DNA from: Psammoneis japonica
Lineage: Eukaryota
Reading direction: 5' to 3'
Length of the DNA stretch: 64,000 nt
Assembly: GCA_008632985.1 (NCBI GenBank)
Contig: QPGO01000027.1
Coordinates: 62,001 to 126,000 of the forward strand
Shown here: piece after piece, positions 1 to 12,617 of the stretch
How the letters are laid out: every line of letters starts with the position of its first letter
Numbering within the stretch: the stretch's first letter is position 1
Made by a program: the position numbers and the translations under genes
The notes under the pieces: generated by a model
What the model saw: the letters and a program-made list of their open reading frames with translations, nothing else
Databases searched by the model: none
What the model was told of the DNA's origin: nothing

Positions 1-2022
1 GTGCAACACAACAGCAGCAAGATTGTTCTTCATGGCATCCAATGCTGACACTCCTGCTGCTGGTGCCAGCACTGCTGTTGACAAATCATTGTGCTTCTCA
101 GGGAAAAAAATCAGATTTTCTTTCAACTCTCCTTGCCAAAAACACTTCTCAAAACCAACCAACAATCATCCTGTGAAAGTGCACAGTGGCCCTCCACTGG
201 CTGCATGAAAAACTTCACAAGAGGATGCCTGTGAGCTGCTGGCAAAAGATTTGCTGGAGGTGTGCAGCCGCTGCTGTTGGAAGGATCCTTTTTTCCTTTT
301 TTGCAGCAGCTTGAGCCAACATGCCCGCTGTGATTAAATTTTGCATTGAACAATCACAGCGCCAGCTGCACCCCCACAGCACCAGCTGTGTTCTTAATCA
401 GAAGTGTGCTGTCCACACACACACTTGTGTGTTGTGAAACAAAAGTGCTCTAGAGAGGTTGCCAAAGTCAGGGATCAAATTTAAGAACAGGGGGTCAGAG
501 GTGGCCTCTCTGGCATGCAGCTCTAAATGACAAATGCAGCATGCCAAGTGACACAGAAAAATGACAAAAATGAGAACACAACCAAGCACAATCAAGCATG
601 CTGACTGTGCACTTGTGTCATGCAACAAGTGCACTCAAAACAGGTGGCCCCTCTTTGCAGCTCCAAATGGCAAACACAACACCAAGCAACACAGCAAACA
701 AAATCAAAAACAATGATGCAGCCAGCAACAATGTCAAGTGTGCTTGTTGCACACTTTTTGCACTGTGTGACAAGTGTGCACACTCTCCAGAAAAATTGCA
801 AAGATGTGGAGTTTTCTGTGACAAAAATGACTGGACAGAGCCAGCATGGCCACATTGCAATGACAACAAGTGGCTTCAAAATCAAACAATGGACTGTTGT
901 TTGCAAAGTGACAGGCACAACAAAGCTTTGCAAAAAGGCAACAATGGTTTGCTGTGTTGTGCCCAGTGGTGTGATGTGCTTGTGTGCATGGACGCCAATG
1001 TTCACAAAAGCTGCACATCACAAAAGTTGCTTTGAATGACATCTGCCACTTTTCTTCTTGTGACAGAATGAGAGCCTTTGAGCATGTGAGTGAGGACATG
1101 CACAATCTTGAAGTTTTTGTCTGTTGATTTGAATGACCAGAAGAAGACAAAAAATGTGAGCTTTGCCAGGTAAAGACAAAGATGGGCTTCATTCTCCCTG
1201 GGGCTGGACTGGCCAGTGAGAGTCACAATGACAACAATGAAAACCAAAATGATGCTGGAAACAATTTTTTTAATGCTTTGCACCAACCACCAAAAACTCT
1301 GACAACTTGATCAGGCAGATCTGTTCAAACATCATCTGCTCTTGATGACCACAAACTTGGAAAAGTGGGGTGTGAAATGGGGCAATCCCAGCTGAAGAAC
1401 TGTTGTGTGGTCCAATGTGCAAGCTGAACAAGCTGGCTGTTTTTGTGCCAGAAAATTGCTTGTTCCACTCCAGGGGTGATGCGCCAAAGTGCACTGAAGT
1501 GCATCATCCCCAGCTCCGCTGACTGTTCATTTGGAGAACATTGCTGCTCCAGCTCAGAGTTGAAACCGGCTTGACAAGAAGCACCTCCCAGTTGGCCTGC
1601 ACCAAGGGGTGGAGAGGCAGCCATTGTTGCAAGCAAAAATGGCAAGATCCCACCAGGAGGTTGACTGCCCTTTTGAAGTGGTGTCAGTGTGTGTGTGCTT
1701 CACTTGTCTGCTGCTTGCACATTGCCACAAACAAACAACTGGCTGCCCAGCAGGACACGTTTTCCACCCCCATCAAGGCAGAAAACTTGTCATCAGGCAT
1801 GTCATCTGCAGGCAAAGAACAGTGCAGCCACAACAAGAGAGGGTGCTCCCTTGCAAGTGAGAGCCCTGCTTCAGCTGGACATGATCATTGTGGTGCAGGA
1901 ACATCATCTTCCTTTTTTTTGTTCAAATGCCAGGGTTTCAAACAGCTGCACAAAACAACAGAGGCCCGTGCAGGGTCATGGATGTCAGTTGGGTCCATGA
2001 CAAATGACAAATGGTGCCATCA

Positions 2023-2043
2023 CCAACAACAGCAACAGCAACG

Positions 2044-2074
<31 letters not shown>
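2023..2074. repeat. (CAA/CAG)n microsatellite
   Basis: caacaacagcaacagcaacgggagcagcagcagcagcagcagcagcagcag. Confidence 0.9.
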
Positions 2075-5000
2075 TGCACAGATTCTTGCTGCTGCATGAG
2101 ACCAAGGGGTGTTTGGTGGCCAGCATTGTGGCTTGGATGTGACAACTCTGCCACCAGCAAGATGAGCCCCAATGACTCTGCCTTGCTTTGGTTCCTGTCA
2201 TCTGGGGAGCAGGGTGTGTTGCTGCTGCCATCACCATGACACCATGAAAGAAACAGGCACATTGGGAGAGGGCTCTCATCTTTGCTGATGACTGAACTTT
2301 TGAGTGGCACACAGTGTTGTGTCTCCTTGCTTGTTGTGGTTTCTTGCTCTCTGTTGTTGTTTTTCCCCAGGCAAAAAACCATGTCAGAGCAAGCAAGGAG
2401 AAGTGCAGACCAGCAAGAACAAGCCAACAAAAGGAAAGGGGCTGCACTTGCCAGAATGACAAAATGAGTGGCTTTCTTCCCATGTTTTTTCTCCAAAAAG
2501 ATTGCTTCAAATCTCACTTTTCCAGATTGGTGCCTCTCCACAGCACCATGGTTTCCACCTTGCACACTTTGTCCAGCCACCAACTGCACACAACACACCC
2601 TCACCCAACCTCCAGCTCATGGCATGCAGCCCCAGCATTGCAGCAGCTGCAACTTCCATGAACCAGAAAGCTGAGAGGCAGTGGCAGTTGTGCTCACCTG
2701 ATCTTTGTAGAAAGTTTGGAGAGCATTTCCAGCATTGGCAAATCTTGACAAATGGGCTGAGATTTCACAAGAGCCAGCACAGCAAAGCATGATCCCCCCT
2801 GAAGATGATGCTGAAGAGGACAAAGAAGAGATGATTTCCATGACACACACCACAGAGAATGTGAGTGTCATGTGCAGCTCACCAAATGGCAAGGCATCAT
2901 TTCTTTGCAAGAAGATGACCACCAGTCTCCTGAAGGAGGTGGCTCCCACAGCAATGGCAACTTGGAGCTCAGCAAAGAGAGCTCAGTTGGCTCAAGAAAG
3001 TGCCAAAGTGCCTTTTGCTCCAATTGCAGCATTGCCTGAATTTGTTCGAATGCAGCACCCTTGACATTGTGATGACCATGACAGTGGCAGTCAAAGAATG
3101 GCATCATGAGATCACTTTCCCCAGGTGTGGCAAGGTTGTGCATCATTTGCCCCTCCACTTGCCAGAAGACAAATCAAAATGGCATCTGATCCAGCACATC
3201 AGTCCATTGAAGGCTCTGCAACATGTCTTGCAAGGTGGGGGAACTTGGTCTCTCCATCACTTTTCTGCTGTGCCCTTCCCACAGCTCTGTGGGGCTCTTG
3301 AACATGCTGGGGTTGAGTGTGGCAGAGTGCAAGGTTTGCAAGCAGCACAACCCTTGCACTCAGAGTGAGTGGGTGCACTGATTGGGGGCACGGCACAACC
3401 CACACCTGCAAGCACTCTTGTTGTGAGGCACTTGTCAGGTCAAGTGATGCGTGAGTGCTGAGCTCCTTCCCAGACTGTGTTCATGCCACATTTCTGGCAG
3501 ATCCCACGGCATTTGCTTGAAGCTGCCATTCTTCCTGCTTTGTGATGAGGTGTCTTCTTCTTAATTTGAAGAGCCCACATTGATGAATCAAGCAGTGTGC
3601 AGCAGCTCTCTTGATGACATTTCAACAGCCAAAACTGCCAGCATTTGCTGCTTCAGAGCTGTTTTGCACTGTGACTCCAACCAGAGCACATCACCATGGT
3701 GCAGAATGGCACAGAGAGTTTCCTCTTTCCAGCACTCAGCTGCTTGACCTGTCTCTTGAAGCCAGCCAGTCAGATCTGACAGGCCAATGAGCAAGCAATG
3801 GTGGTGATTGTTGCAAGTGAGAGACTCAATCTCATGGTTGCGAGACTTTGGCTGCAATGGAGTGCATTTGTTGCATTGCAGCATCGTTGCTGGGTGCCAA
3901 AGCATGCAAAGCAGCAGTCAGCTGATGCCAGGCCCACAACTTTTGCATGTCTTGCTTGTCAACACTGCTGCCATGGGGCTGATTGTTCCCACATGATTGA
4001 GCAGATGGCTTGTGTTGCAGCGACCTTGTGCCCAAGCATCTGTGCAGACACATGGCCAAAGCTTGACCCTTTCTACAATGTTGTGTTTGCTGCCACTCAT
4101 GCAGTTTGGTGCATTGAAAAATTCATGCATTGCAACCACACAGATTTAAACTCAGCCCTGTGATGGCTCTTGAGCTGCCTGCTGTTCACACTCAATCAAG
4201 AGGATGCATTTGGTGTCATGTCAGCACATTCTGCTGTGAGACGGAACAATGTGTGAAAAGATCCACAAACCAAAAGAAATGTTTGAATCAAACAAAGCAA
4301 GAGGTGGGCACAGCACTGGGAACTGCTCTCATGCATGAAGTTCCTGTTTCAGCAGTGCTGTTTTGGACTCACCTGAGAGCACAGTGGTGCAAGTTTGGGT
4401 TGCAAGTGTGAAAAAGATGAGTGCCACCACCAGGACAAGGCAAGTCAGACAATGTGCAAAGATGCTCTTTGTGGCAGGAACAAGACAAGCCTTGAGTGCA
4501 GTGTCTGAGAATGTCCAGCACTTGCCCAAGATTGTTGAGAACAGCTGTCAGAAGATCAAGCTGCTGGCAAAGTCAAAACACACAAGCTTCATTTGTGATG
4601 GACTGACTGCCAAGGAAAGGGAGCCCCTCACTTGAAAAGCACTGCCATCTCCTTGTGGGGCTGCACTTTGCAAACATGGGAGAATGTGGCAGGAGCTTGC
4701 AGATGATCTCAACCTGCAAGGGGCTGCAAGGTGTGATTTGAAGCCATGGCATGAAGTCTTTGGCATGGAAACAGCCAATGAGCATTGGGTCCCATTTCCC
4801 AAATGATGAGCTGATGCCCCAGCCCCATCTCAAGCTCCATGAAATCAACTGCAGGGCATCAAAGCATGACTCAAAATTCCCCTGGCATCAAACAAAATCT
4901 TTGAGAATGCCCTGTGGACAATGGGGAAGAATTCTTTTCAGAGTGCTTGCTGCATCAGCAGCCATGGCACACTCTGATGGCAATCCAAGGGCACATTGCC

Positions 5001-5249
5001 AACAGCCAGCACCAGTGGACCAAATGTGCTTCCAATGCCAAGTCACCACAGCACATCCAATGGCAGCAAAGCTCAGCTGCTGTTGGCAATGAAGGCAGCA
5101 ACGGTGATGAGCATGAGTTGTCTTTTTGAAACTTTGATGAGCCCATTTTTTTGTTTGGGGTTGAGGCCAAAAACACTTGCTGTTCCCAACTTTTCCATTT
5201 CCCCAAGTGGAGATGGAAAATCAAGAGAGTGGCTTTGCAGCATCACAGG

Positions 5250-5277
<28 letters not shown>
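5250..5277. repeat. (CT)n microsatellite
   Basis: Run of ctctctct... Confidence 0.95.
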
Positions 5278-5280
<3 letters not shown>

Positions 5281-6594
5281 GTTTGAAAATGTTGCTGCTG
5301 TTGCTGCATTTTGTGATCTTCAAAACCGGAGCCAGCTTGGCCCAAAAATGCAGTGTGTGTGCACAATGCACACCCAACCTGCCACACCCCGGCACTGACT
5401 TGCAAGGTGTCTTTGCGAAATGCATTTTTCACTTGTTCCTCTGCTTTGTCTTTGTGCACAAGCCTCAAATTTTGGGGTCAAATCAAAGACAAGAAGCCTC
5501 CACACAAACTCTGTCATCACACCCCCAAATCACTGACTGAGTTGTTTGCTGTGGCCCAAATGATGGCGTTGAGCAAATCAACAGCGGCTGCCGCCGACCC
5601 ATCACCAGCAGACGGCCCGATGCTTGAGATGGGGGAATCTCACATGATGTTGATTGTCAAAATGCCACACAGGTTGCCCTCAAATCAATTGTTTGTGATG
5701 CCAATCACCAAGAATGATGTGTGGTGGGAACCATCAATGGCTCTTGGCACCAAAATCCCATGCCAGCAGTGCACATTTGCCGCTCTGCACAGCGGCAGTT
5801 TGGTGTCAGATGTTTGGGAAAGGGAAAGCAACATCTGCGAGACAAACACCGTGGGAAAAGTTTGAACAAAGCAACACCACCCAAGACCTGGATCTTGCCT
5901 TTTTTGGTGGGTGGCATGGAAATCAGCAATTGCATTTTGTTTCCCGTGCAAGCTGCCGACTGGCCACAAAAGATCGCCCTCGGCCCCCAAAATCAAGCTG
6001 CGCTCCCCAACAAAAGTTGCTGTCAAAGCTTCTCCTCTCAATTAAAATGTTGCTTCAACCTTCAAATTAGAGCTCATGTGATCATCATTTTCATCAGCCA
6101 TCCAACCGCACACGTTGGCTGCATCAACAGAGACATTGTCGTCAATCGACCGCTGCTGTTTCGCACGCAGAGACAGTCTGAAAAACAACTCCGATGACCT
6201 TTTTGGTGAGATGTGTGCAAATGGATGACATGCAGCAGCCTTAAAATGACACTCACCGAGTGAACGTCCTCTCATAATCGTTCTGTACACACCGCTTTTA
6301 GTTCATTGTCGACACTGACACATGTCACTTCAGAAAGGGGCTCGCAAAAAGTTGGCGCGATTTTGTGGTACAAATGCTACGAGCAATCTACATACATCAT
6401 TTTTGTGTAGGACATACTGGGGAACTCCAGCGCGCAAAGCGCAAATATCGAAATCGGCACAGAGGATTTTTGACCATGGTCAAATTTATCTCAATCTCTC
6501 TCCATCCCTCTGCTCATCGTCCAGAAGCAGCACATGCACCCGCAACGCAGCACCGTTCCTTTTCTCGTACGACACCCGCTGTGCAGCATTCAAC

Positions 6595-7575
6595 ATGGAG
6601 AACACAGACGTCTTTCTTTTGGTGACGGGTCTTATCCTTGATCAAGGACTCCTCGAGGTTCGCGATCTAGGGGCGATGATGAATGTGAGTAAGGATGTCT
6701 GTTCCTCGATCCGCGAATCTCATAGTTGGGAACTCTATCTCGACAGAAAACGGCTTGGTCTAGCTCCTCCTTACGGGAGGATCTGCACAGAGGGATGGAA
6801 AGGACCATACATTCCGGACGATTACGACGTCCGTGATCTTCACATTCCTCCCCGACCACGTGCAAGAGGTTCACGTCAGCCAGATCGTTGGACGTATTAC
6901 CCCCATCGCAATGACACTCGTGCCCAGGGCCATGTCTTGGTGAAACAGCCAAGTTTTTACCTTCATCGTTTCAATCCAGAGACGGGTGCCTTGTGCGACC
7001 TCTTTTATCCCGCTCATGAAGACCCAGGAGGGATTCGAACAGATGTGTACGTTCAACGTGACTTACCAATCACGTGTCATGCCTGCGGTGTAGTTTGTAC
7101 AACGTACCCAGGTTTGGTGCAGCACTGCATGACTCTCGATCACCAAGTCGCCTCCGTACCGCCTGAGAGGCGCCTTCCGTCCTACTTCAACGACCCAAGG
7201 AACAAGGCGGGTTATGAAAGGAAAACTCCTTTTGAGAAGGTAAAAGCTTGCGTCATCTACAAGCAGAGAGTGCTTGACTTTCTTCGCGCTCCCATGGACT
7301 CTGCGGGTCTCCCAAACATGGAGCGTCATCTGGATTGGATCACTAGAGACTGTCATGGCGACGAGTCCCTCCTGGAGAATTGTACCATTGAACGGGTTAC
7401 CAAGGCGTGCGTTGATTTCGTGGTTAGAGACTTTCTTCACAGTGGCATGGAAATCGAGGGATACACCCGTGATGTCATTGTTGATGGTTGGGGAAGATTT
7501 GGACCTTACGGGAGTTGCAGCTCACGTGGCCTCTTCAAATTGGTGGTATATCCCCGCTTTTCTTACATGGAGTAG
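6595..7575 (+). CDS. Hypothetical protein with an F-box-like N-terminus and a C2H2-type zinc finger
   Basis: Long ORF (6322-7575) of normal composition. Likely start MENTDVFLLVTGLIL..RDLGAMMNVSK. Contains CHACGVVCTTYPGLVQHCMTLDH. Confidence 0.6.
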   Translation: MENTDVFLLVTGLILDQGLLEVRDLGAMMNVSKDVCSSIRESHSWELYLDRKRLGLAPPYGRICTEGWKGPYIPDDYDVRDLHIPPRPRARGSRQPDRWTYYPHRNDTRAQGHVLVKQPSFYLHRFNPETGALCDLFYPAHEDPGGIRTDVYVQRDLPITCHACGVVCTTYPGLVQHCMTLDHQVASVPPERRLPSYFNDPRNKAGYERKTPFEKVKACVIYKQRVLDFLRAPMDSAGLPNMERHLDWITRDCHGDESLLENCTIERVTKACVDFVVRDFLHSGMEIEGYTRDVIVDGWGRFGPYGSCSSRGLFKLVVYPRFSYME

Positions 7576-8451
7576 CATAAGCGGTTCGCTTTTTTGATTT
7601 GTGCCGCGGCGCTTATTTGTGTCATCTTTGTCATGTCAAGCGCACTTCACAAAATGAAAACAACGGCAATTAGTAATCAGTACAAAAATGATATCGTCCA
7701 CATCCTCGACTGAAACCACGTCTCCGACCTAGTAGGTGCCTCTTCGACATTTTTTTTGTAGAGTGGGCATTGCACGAACATCCTGCTCGTCAAAACGGAA
7801 TGTCGCAAATATCAAAGAAGCAAGTAGCACCTCCTCCATCGACCAGACTCATTTTCGAGCATGCAGCGACTCCTCCGATACGGTATATTCTCATACCTGT
7901 TAAGTAAGGCGAGTGTTTTGTTAATGTTACTGTTACCAAAGTCTACAGTCTACGTGCAAAGCCGCTGCTATTTTTTAAATTTGGCATGGGTGACAACGTT
8001 TTTCGTGCGTGAAGGCTGACCGACAGAGACAAGGAAAAGACGATCGACTAGTGAAGTCCAGAACAAACACTTTAGCACTTCAAAACCTTTGCTTGGTGGA
8101 AGTTCGATTTTGGCAACTGGATGTCTTCGTTTCAGTGTACTATCATGACATACTTCGGAATTTTGAGTAGGTCTACGGTACTTTTTGCCAGATTCGAAAG
8201 CCCAATCACTGCAAACTACGTAGTAAGATTTCGCTACTGGCATGCTCCAGAGTGAAAACATTTCCGCTCTAGAGAGCGCCCCCACACGGACTTGCAAATC
8301 CAAAGCAATTGTATTTATCACTAAAGAGAGAATCTTTTCTAATTTAACAAAGAAAGCAAGAAGCTCGTATGTGTGGAAGTACTCGAGTCCATATTACAAA
8401 AAATAAGTTTTATTATCCGTTTGAATGTATGATGATCGACTACATCCGAGT

Positions 8452-9438
8452 TTAAAAGCGACTTGCCGCCCCAGCCGTACTTGCTTCGGTCATCCACTTA
8501 TTGGACTCGATTTTGACACCCTCGTAGAATGATGTGTGCTTTGGCAAACAAGCCACTGCCGATGTTGCCTCAGAGAGATCGAAAGAAGTGTCTTCCTCAA
8601 GCTTGACTGTTTGTCCATCTTCGAGATAAACAAAGACGTCAACAGGCAGGCCATTCTTCTCGCCCGTAGGAGGAAATACTGTAAGGCAGCCATTCAAAGC
8701 TCGACCAGAACGGATGTACTGACACCATCCACTGTAAAAGTTTTTTCTCCCCGCCACACCCGACTGACAATTTCCAATGAGCTCTGCGCGACCGGCGTTT
8801 TGTTTAAATTTAAATGGTTGGATCTTGTTGTCGTCACCGGGAGCCCAAAAGGCAAGTGCGTTTGGGACCCTCGTTGTGCTGTAATGTTGCATGAGCTTTC
8901 CTGCGTCGCTGTCGTAGACAAGGTAGCAGCCCTCTTCTTCGGAACACGGTGTTTCCAGCGTTGGTTTGAATTTTGCTTCGTGGTCTGGAACGGAAGGTTT
9001 CAAGTCTCCGCTGGACATTTGCTTGCTTGCGCTTGTAATGAGGGCTGGAATGGGCGGAACAAACTCAATATCTTCCGGATCTGTTGATGATGTAGTCGCC
9101 TCGCCATTTTTCTCTTCGGCAGCTTCAGGGCGTGTCGGTACGGACGGTGGAAGGTCTCCCCCATCAGTGTCAGACGGGCTTCTCGTCAATGTGGCCATAT
9201 TGATCACGGGAGTTTCTTCACTACCGCGTCGTTCTTCATAGTACGCCTTGGTGTTTGATGCTTTTTGTGTTTGCTGCGAAGCACCGTCGTCACTCTCTGC
9301 TTTAAGTTCCAAGAGTGCAGCCATAAGTGTGCCTGGGAAGTTTATTCGCATGTGCTCAAACAAGACTCGAAGATCCCTCTCTGACATGGCGGAGACATCC
9401 GGAATAGATTCTTGATCCATCGATGGTGGTGTTGACAT
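8452..9438 (-). CDS. Immune-mapped-protein (IMP1/IMP2)-like protein
   Basis: 328-aa ORF. Low-complexity N-terminal half, then GCYLVY..GKL..YS...ALAFW.P....FKFKQN.GR.EL...FYSGWCQYI and AVACLPK, resembling the IMP2 N- and C-domains. Confidence 0.65.
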   Translation of the reverse strand: MSTPPSMDQESIPDVSAMSERDLRVLFEHMRINFPGTLMAALLELKAESDDGASQQTQKASNTKAYYEERRGSEETPVINMATLTRSPSDTDGGDLPPSVPTRPEAAEEKNGEATTSSTDPEDIEFVPPIPALITSASKQMSSGDLKPSVPDHEAKFKPTLETPCSEEEGCYLVYDSDAGKLMQHYSTTRVPNALAFWAPGDDNKIQPFKFKQNAGRAELIGNCQSGVAGRKNFYSGWCQYIRSGRALNGCLTVFPPTGEKNGLPVDVFVYLEDGQTVKLEEDTSFDLSEATSAVACLPKHTSFYEGVKIESNKWMTEASTAGAASRF

Positions 9439-9951
9439 GATGGAATTTATTGTTCTCTTTTGGCGCGGCTATCGACAACCAACGTTCAAGTTAGATAATT
9501 TAGTTGACGAGACGATCGACTTCTTCACCCCACCGTTGACTGCCTCTGAAACAAAATCACGAAACGAGGATTGTTTGCTTTCCATTCACGGAAGCAATTT
9601 GAGTATGGCCGCCATGCACTCTTTGATAACAAGATGAGGCGAAAAGCGCGGGTGTGAAGTCGTGGGAGGTCGCGGAGGGATTTTGGAATTTCGATTCCTT
9701 TTGCGTGTGGAGGTCGGAGGGAAGTTTCGTTTATGCCCTCTTCGTTCATGTAGATATTGTTGAGCATGAACGAATAACGGCTACCAACATTATGAGTCAT
9801 CCGGAAGTGATTATTATATATTTTGAAATTTTGACCGTGGCTCGTGGCCCGTGGGGCGAAAAAATACCGATCAAAATTCGCGAACAACAATCCCACTCTG
9901 AACTCCATTGGTTTGTTTCCCTGCAACGCCTTCAGTCATCGGCCTTATTTT

Positions 9952-11193
9952 ATGTCTTCAGCAATAGCACACACCACAAAACTTATGCATCAAAGAAGCC
10001 CCATGCTCTCTCACTCGGAGAAGACAGTCGTTCAAACAAACCATGAAATATCGAGTCCGCTGACACAGAAACCAGCGGAGCCAGAAAATAAGAGTATGAC
10101 CGACGAAACAAAGCCGGGAACGTTTGACGCACTTCCGCGGCCAGTTCAGTTTGCAGTTCTCGTCGCCGGGGTCTTTGTCTTTTTTGGAACTCATAATGTC
10201 TTGCAAGAAGCCATGATGAAAATTCCTGGATTTGATTACGGAATCATGCTCGGTCATATGGAGGTGTTTGGGTGAGTTTGAGAACCTACCGTGGCAACTC
10301 ACCTCTTGATTTTTTTCTTTTCCTCGCTCACTCGAGTATACTGTTATCTATTTGATAGGGTCACTGTTTGCTCGTTTTTGGAAAGACGTTATATATTCCG
10401 AGAGAAGGGTCGAGTAGCGCCGCTTAGTGCCTATCCGCTCTTGACCTTTTGTCTGTTATCATCATCGTCTCTCTCCAATGTGGCTCTGAACTATATAAAC
10501 TTTCCCACAAAAGTTGTTTTCAGGAGCTGTAAGCTCATTCCAACCATGCTTGTGGCTTCACTTTTAAACGGAAAAGTCTTTGGGAGTATAGAATACCTCT
10601 GTGCAATTGCTGTGTGTGCCGGTCTAGTGTTTTTCGCCGCCGCGGATTGGACCTTGGCGCCCACGTTTCACCCACTTGGCCTGCTTCTGGTAATTTTATC
10701 CGTCTTTGCCGATTCATTCTTGCCTAACGCGCAAGAGCGACTCTTTCGATTAGGCAGTTCCCGGTTAGAAGTGACTGTGTATACCAATGTCTTTACTCTT
10801 ATTGTCATGACGGCGACAACGCTGGCTTCGGGTGATTTGATTGGAATTGCCCAACACGCAATGCGAGATAGGAAATTGGCACTCTACATGGCAGTCTATA
10901 CGTCGGTGGCATATATTGCGATCTCGTGCCATATGAACATTGTCAAGCGCTTTGGTGGTGTCGTGGCTGTGTGTGTGGCAACCGCAAGAAAAGTAATGAC
11001 CTTGGTGCTATCTTTCATCTTGTTTCCCAAGGCCTTCTCATGGCTCTACGTGACGGGAGCCTTGCTGGTCTTGGGCGGACTCTTGTTATCGTCTTTACAC
11101 AAGATGCGATCCAAGAATCAAGACAAGTTTAAACGAAAACAGAGTGATGTTATTCTGCCACTTCGCGGCGTCCAGAATGGGACAAATCATTGA
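9952..11193 (+). CDS. UAA-family nucleotide-sugar/PAPS transporter (SLC35B3-like), 2 exons
   Basis: Motifs HNVLQEA, LSNVALNYINFPTKVVFRSCKLIPTM and ATARKVMTLVLSF.LFPK. GT-AG intron 10272-10358 restores the frame. Start is 9952 or 10096. Confidence 0.85.
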
Positions 11194-11273
11194 CCCAACC
11201 CAATCTTTTGAAATACCCAGAGGCGTCGATAGAAGGAACAAGCTCAATTGTAACGATATAAAAACGATCAGAT

Positions 11274-12617
11274 TCATAAGTTGTTTAAGTTACGAGACAC
11301 TGTTGGAAAAGGTTCAGTATCATTCTTGGTAAAGTTCTCCGCCAAGGCGTCATAGCTCGCCGTAGGATCGTACGGTGGTCTCAACTCGATTCCGGCATTC
11401 ACCTCAATTGTTGCAACGTTTCGTCGTTTCTGATTCACTATTCGTGGCGCCTTGTCTTCTACAAAGTTTTGCGGAAAGCCTTGATGCTCCATGCTGTACC
11501 CATACAAGTGCAGAAAGTTTGTCGCGTGTCGCTCTTGTGCGGCTTGCTCCATGCTTTGAATCAACTCTTGCGAGTAGCGTCGCAGAGATTTGCCAATGGC
11601 TGCCTTGCCAGATCTTGCCGATCTTGGACGATACGAGCCAAGACGACAAGTCGTTTTTGAACTGCCATTGTCACAAGCATGACGGATTCGATCCATCCAA
11701 AAGTCAGACAAACATTCCGTATCGAGAACGAATTGCAGAACCCGAGACAATTCCTCTTGTGGACGAACAATTAAATCTTCAAAGCGCACCACCAAGACTT
11801 GCTTGTCACCTTGCGTCCAATACTGCATAAAGTCGAGCCAAATTTCGATTTCATTCTGAACCAAGCCTTCAAATTTTGTCTTGTGCGTTTCGTACACTGG
11901 ATCCGTCACGGTTTCGGTGTGGGTATTGGTGAGACACAAGTTCCAGTACGAGTCAATCGCATCGAACGGATTCCGCACCAAGATAATGGCTCGTTGTGCA
12001 TTGAATCTTTTGTATCCTGATCGTTCTGGGTAATGAGTTTTGACCACTGGTGTATCTAGTACCCCCTCACCCACCAAGTTGTGTTGCAGTGCTAATGATT
12101 TTGACAAGGTCCGGTTGGGTCTCGTGTCGGAACCCGTAACTTGCCCTGTACACCGTTCCAACAAAGTACGTAGCAGGGTATTCCCGGAACGAGGATATGA
12201 TGTCAAGAGAGTCAAATTGTCGGCACGCTCCAACCGAAGCAATTCGTATCTTGCATCCAAGCAACAGTGGTTGTTTTCCCACTCCAACTTTGCTAATTCA
12301 ATGGTTGTCAAGTTTCTTTGAAATTCATTCTTTCGCTGTGCAAGCCTTCGCGTATTGAGACGTTCCAACAATACCGAGGGATCTTGGACTGGGCAAACCA
12401 CATACATGTGACGACGTTTTGCATTTGTTACAACCAAACCGTTGCGTTTTCGAAACAAGGGCAGAATTCCGTTGCTGTATCGTTTTTGCGTAATCAATAA
12501 TCGGGTGCCCTCGGTTTCGCTCAAAAAGGACAGCACCACTGAAAGAGGATACAGACCTAGTGAATTCATTCCAATGTAACTATACCCAGCTTCCAACAGC
12601 CAAAAAACAGCAACCAC
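11274..12617 (-). CDS. Sulfotransferase-domain protein
   Basis: 5'-PSB motif TSYPRSGNTLLR, VKTHYP, 3'-PB motif VRNPFDAIDSY, and VRFEDL. Start codon uncertain. Confidence 0.85.
   Translation of the reverse strand: MVAVFWLLEAGYSYIGMNSLGLYPLSVVLSFLSETEGTRLLITQKRYSNGILPLFRKRNGLVVTNAKRRHMYVVCPVQDPSVLLERLNTRRLAQRKNEFQRNLTTIELAKLEWENNHCCLDARYELLRLERADNLTLLTSYPRSGNTLLRTLLERCTGQVTGSDTRPNRTLSKSLALQHNLVGEGVLDTPVVKTHYPERSGYKRFNAQRAIILVRNPFDAIDSYWNLCLTNTHTETVTDPVYETHKTKFEGLVQNEIEIWLDFMQYWTQGDKQVLVVRFEDLIVRPQEELSRVLQFVLDTECLSDFWMDRIRHACDNGSSKTTCRLGSYRPRSARSGKAAIGKSLRRYSQELIQSMEQAAQERHATNFLHLYGYSMEHQGFPQNFVEDKAPRIVNQKRRNVATIEVNAGIELRPPYDPTASYDALAENFTKNDTEPFPTVSRNLNNL

Larger units (their letters stand above)
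1..6240. mobile_element. TpA/CpG-depleted degenerate repeat domain 1 (probable decayed transposon DNA, family unassigned)
   Basis: About 6 TA in the first 1200 bp and none seen between 1273 and 2707. CpG is nearly absent until ~5560. ORFs here almost lack Tyr and are rich in Cys/His. No intact recognisable gene. Confidence 0.6.

Noticed and set aside
3940..4000. CLACQHCCHGADCSH as a SWIM finger of a Mutator transposase
   Set aside because: C/H are inflated by Tyr erosion, and no DDE core was recognised.
1..6240. Dozens of overlapping Cys/His-rich ORFs here and in the other depleted domains
   Set aside because: Loss of TA removes TAA/TAG stops in all frames and turns Tyr into Cys/His. They are not metal-binding protein genes.
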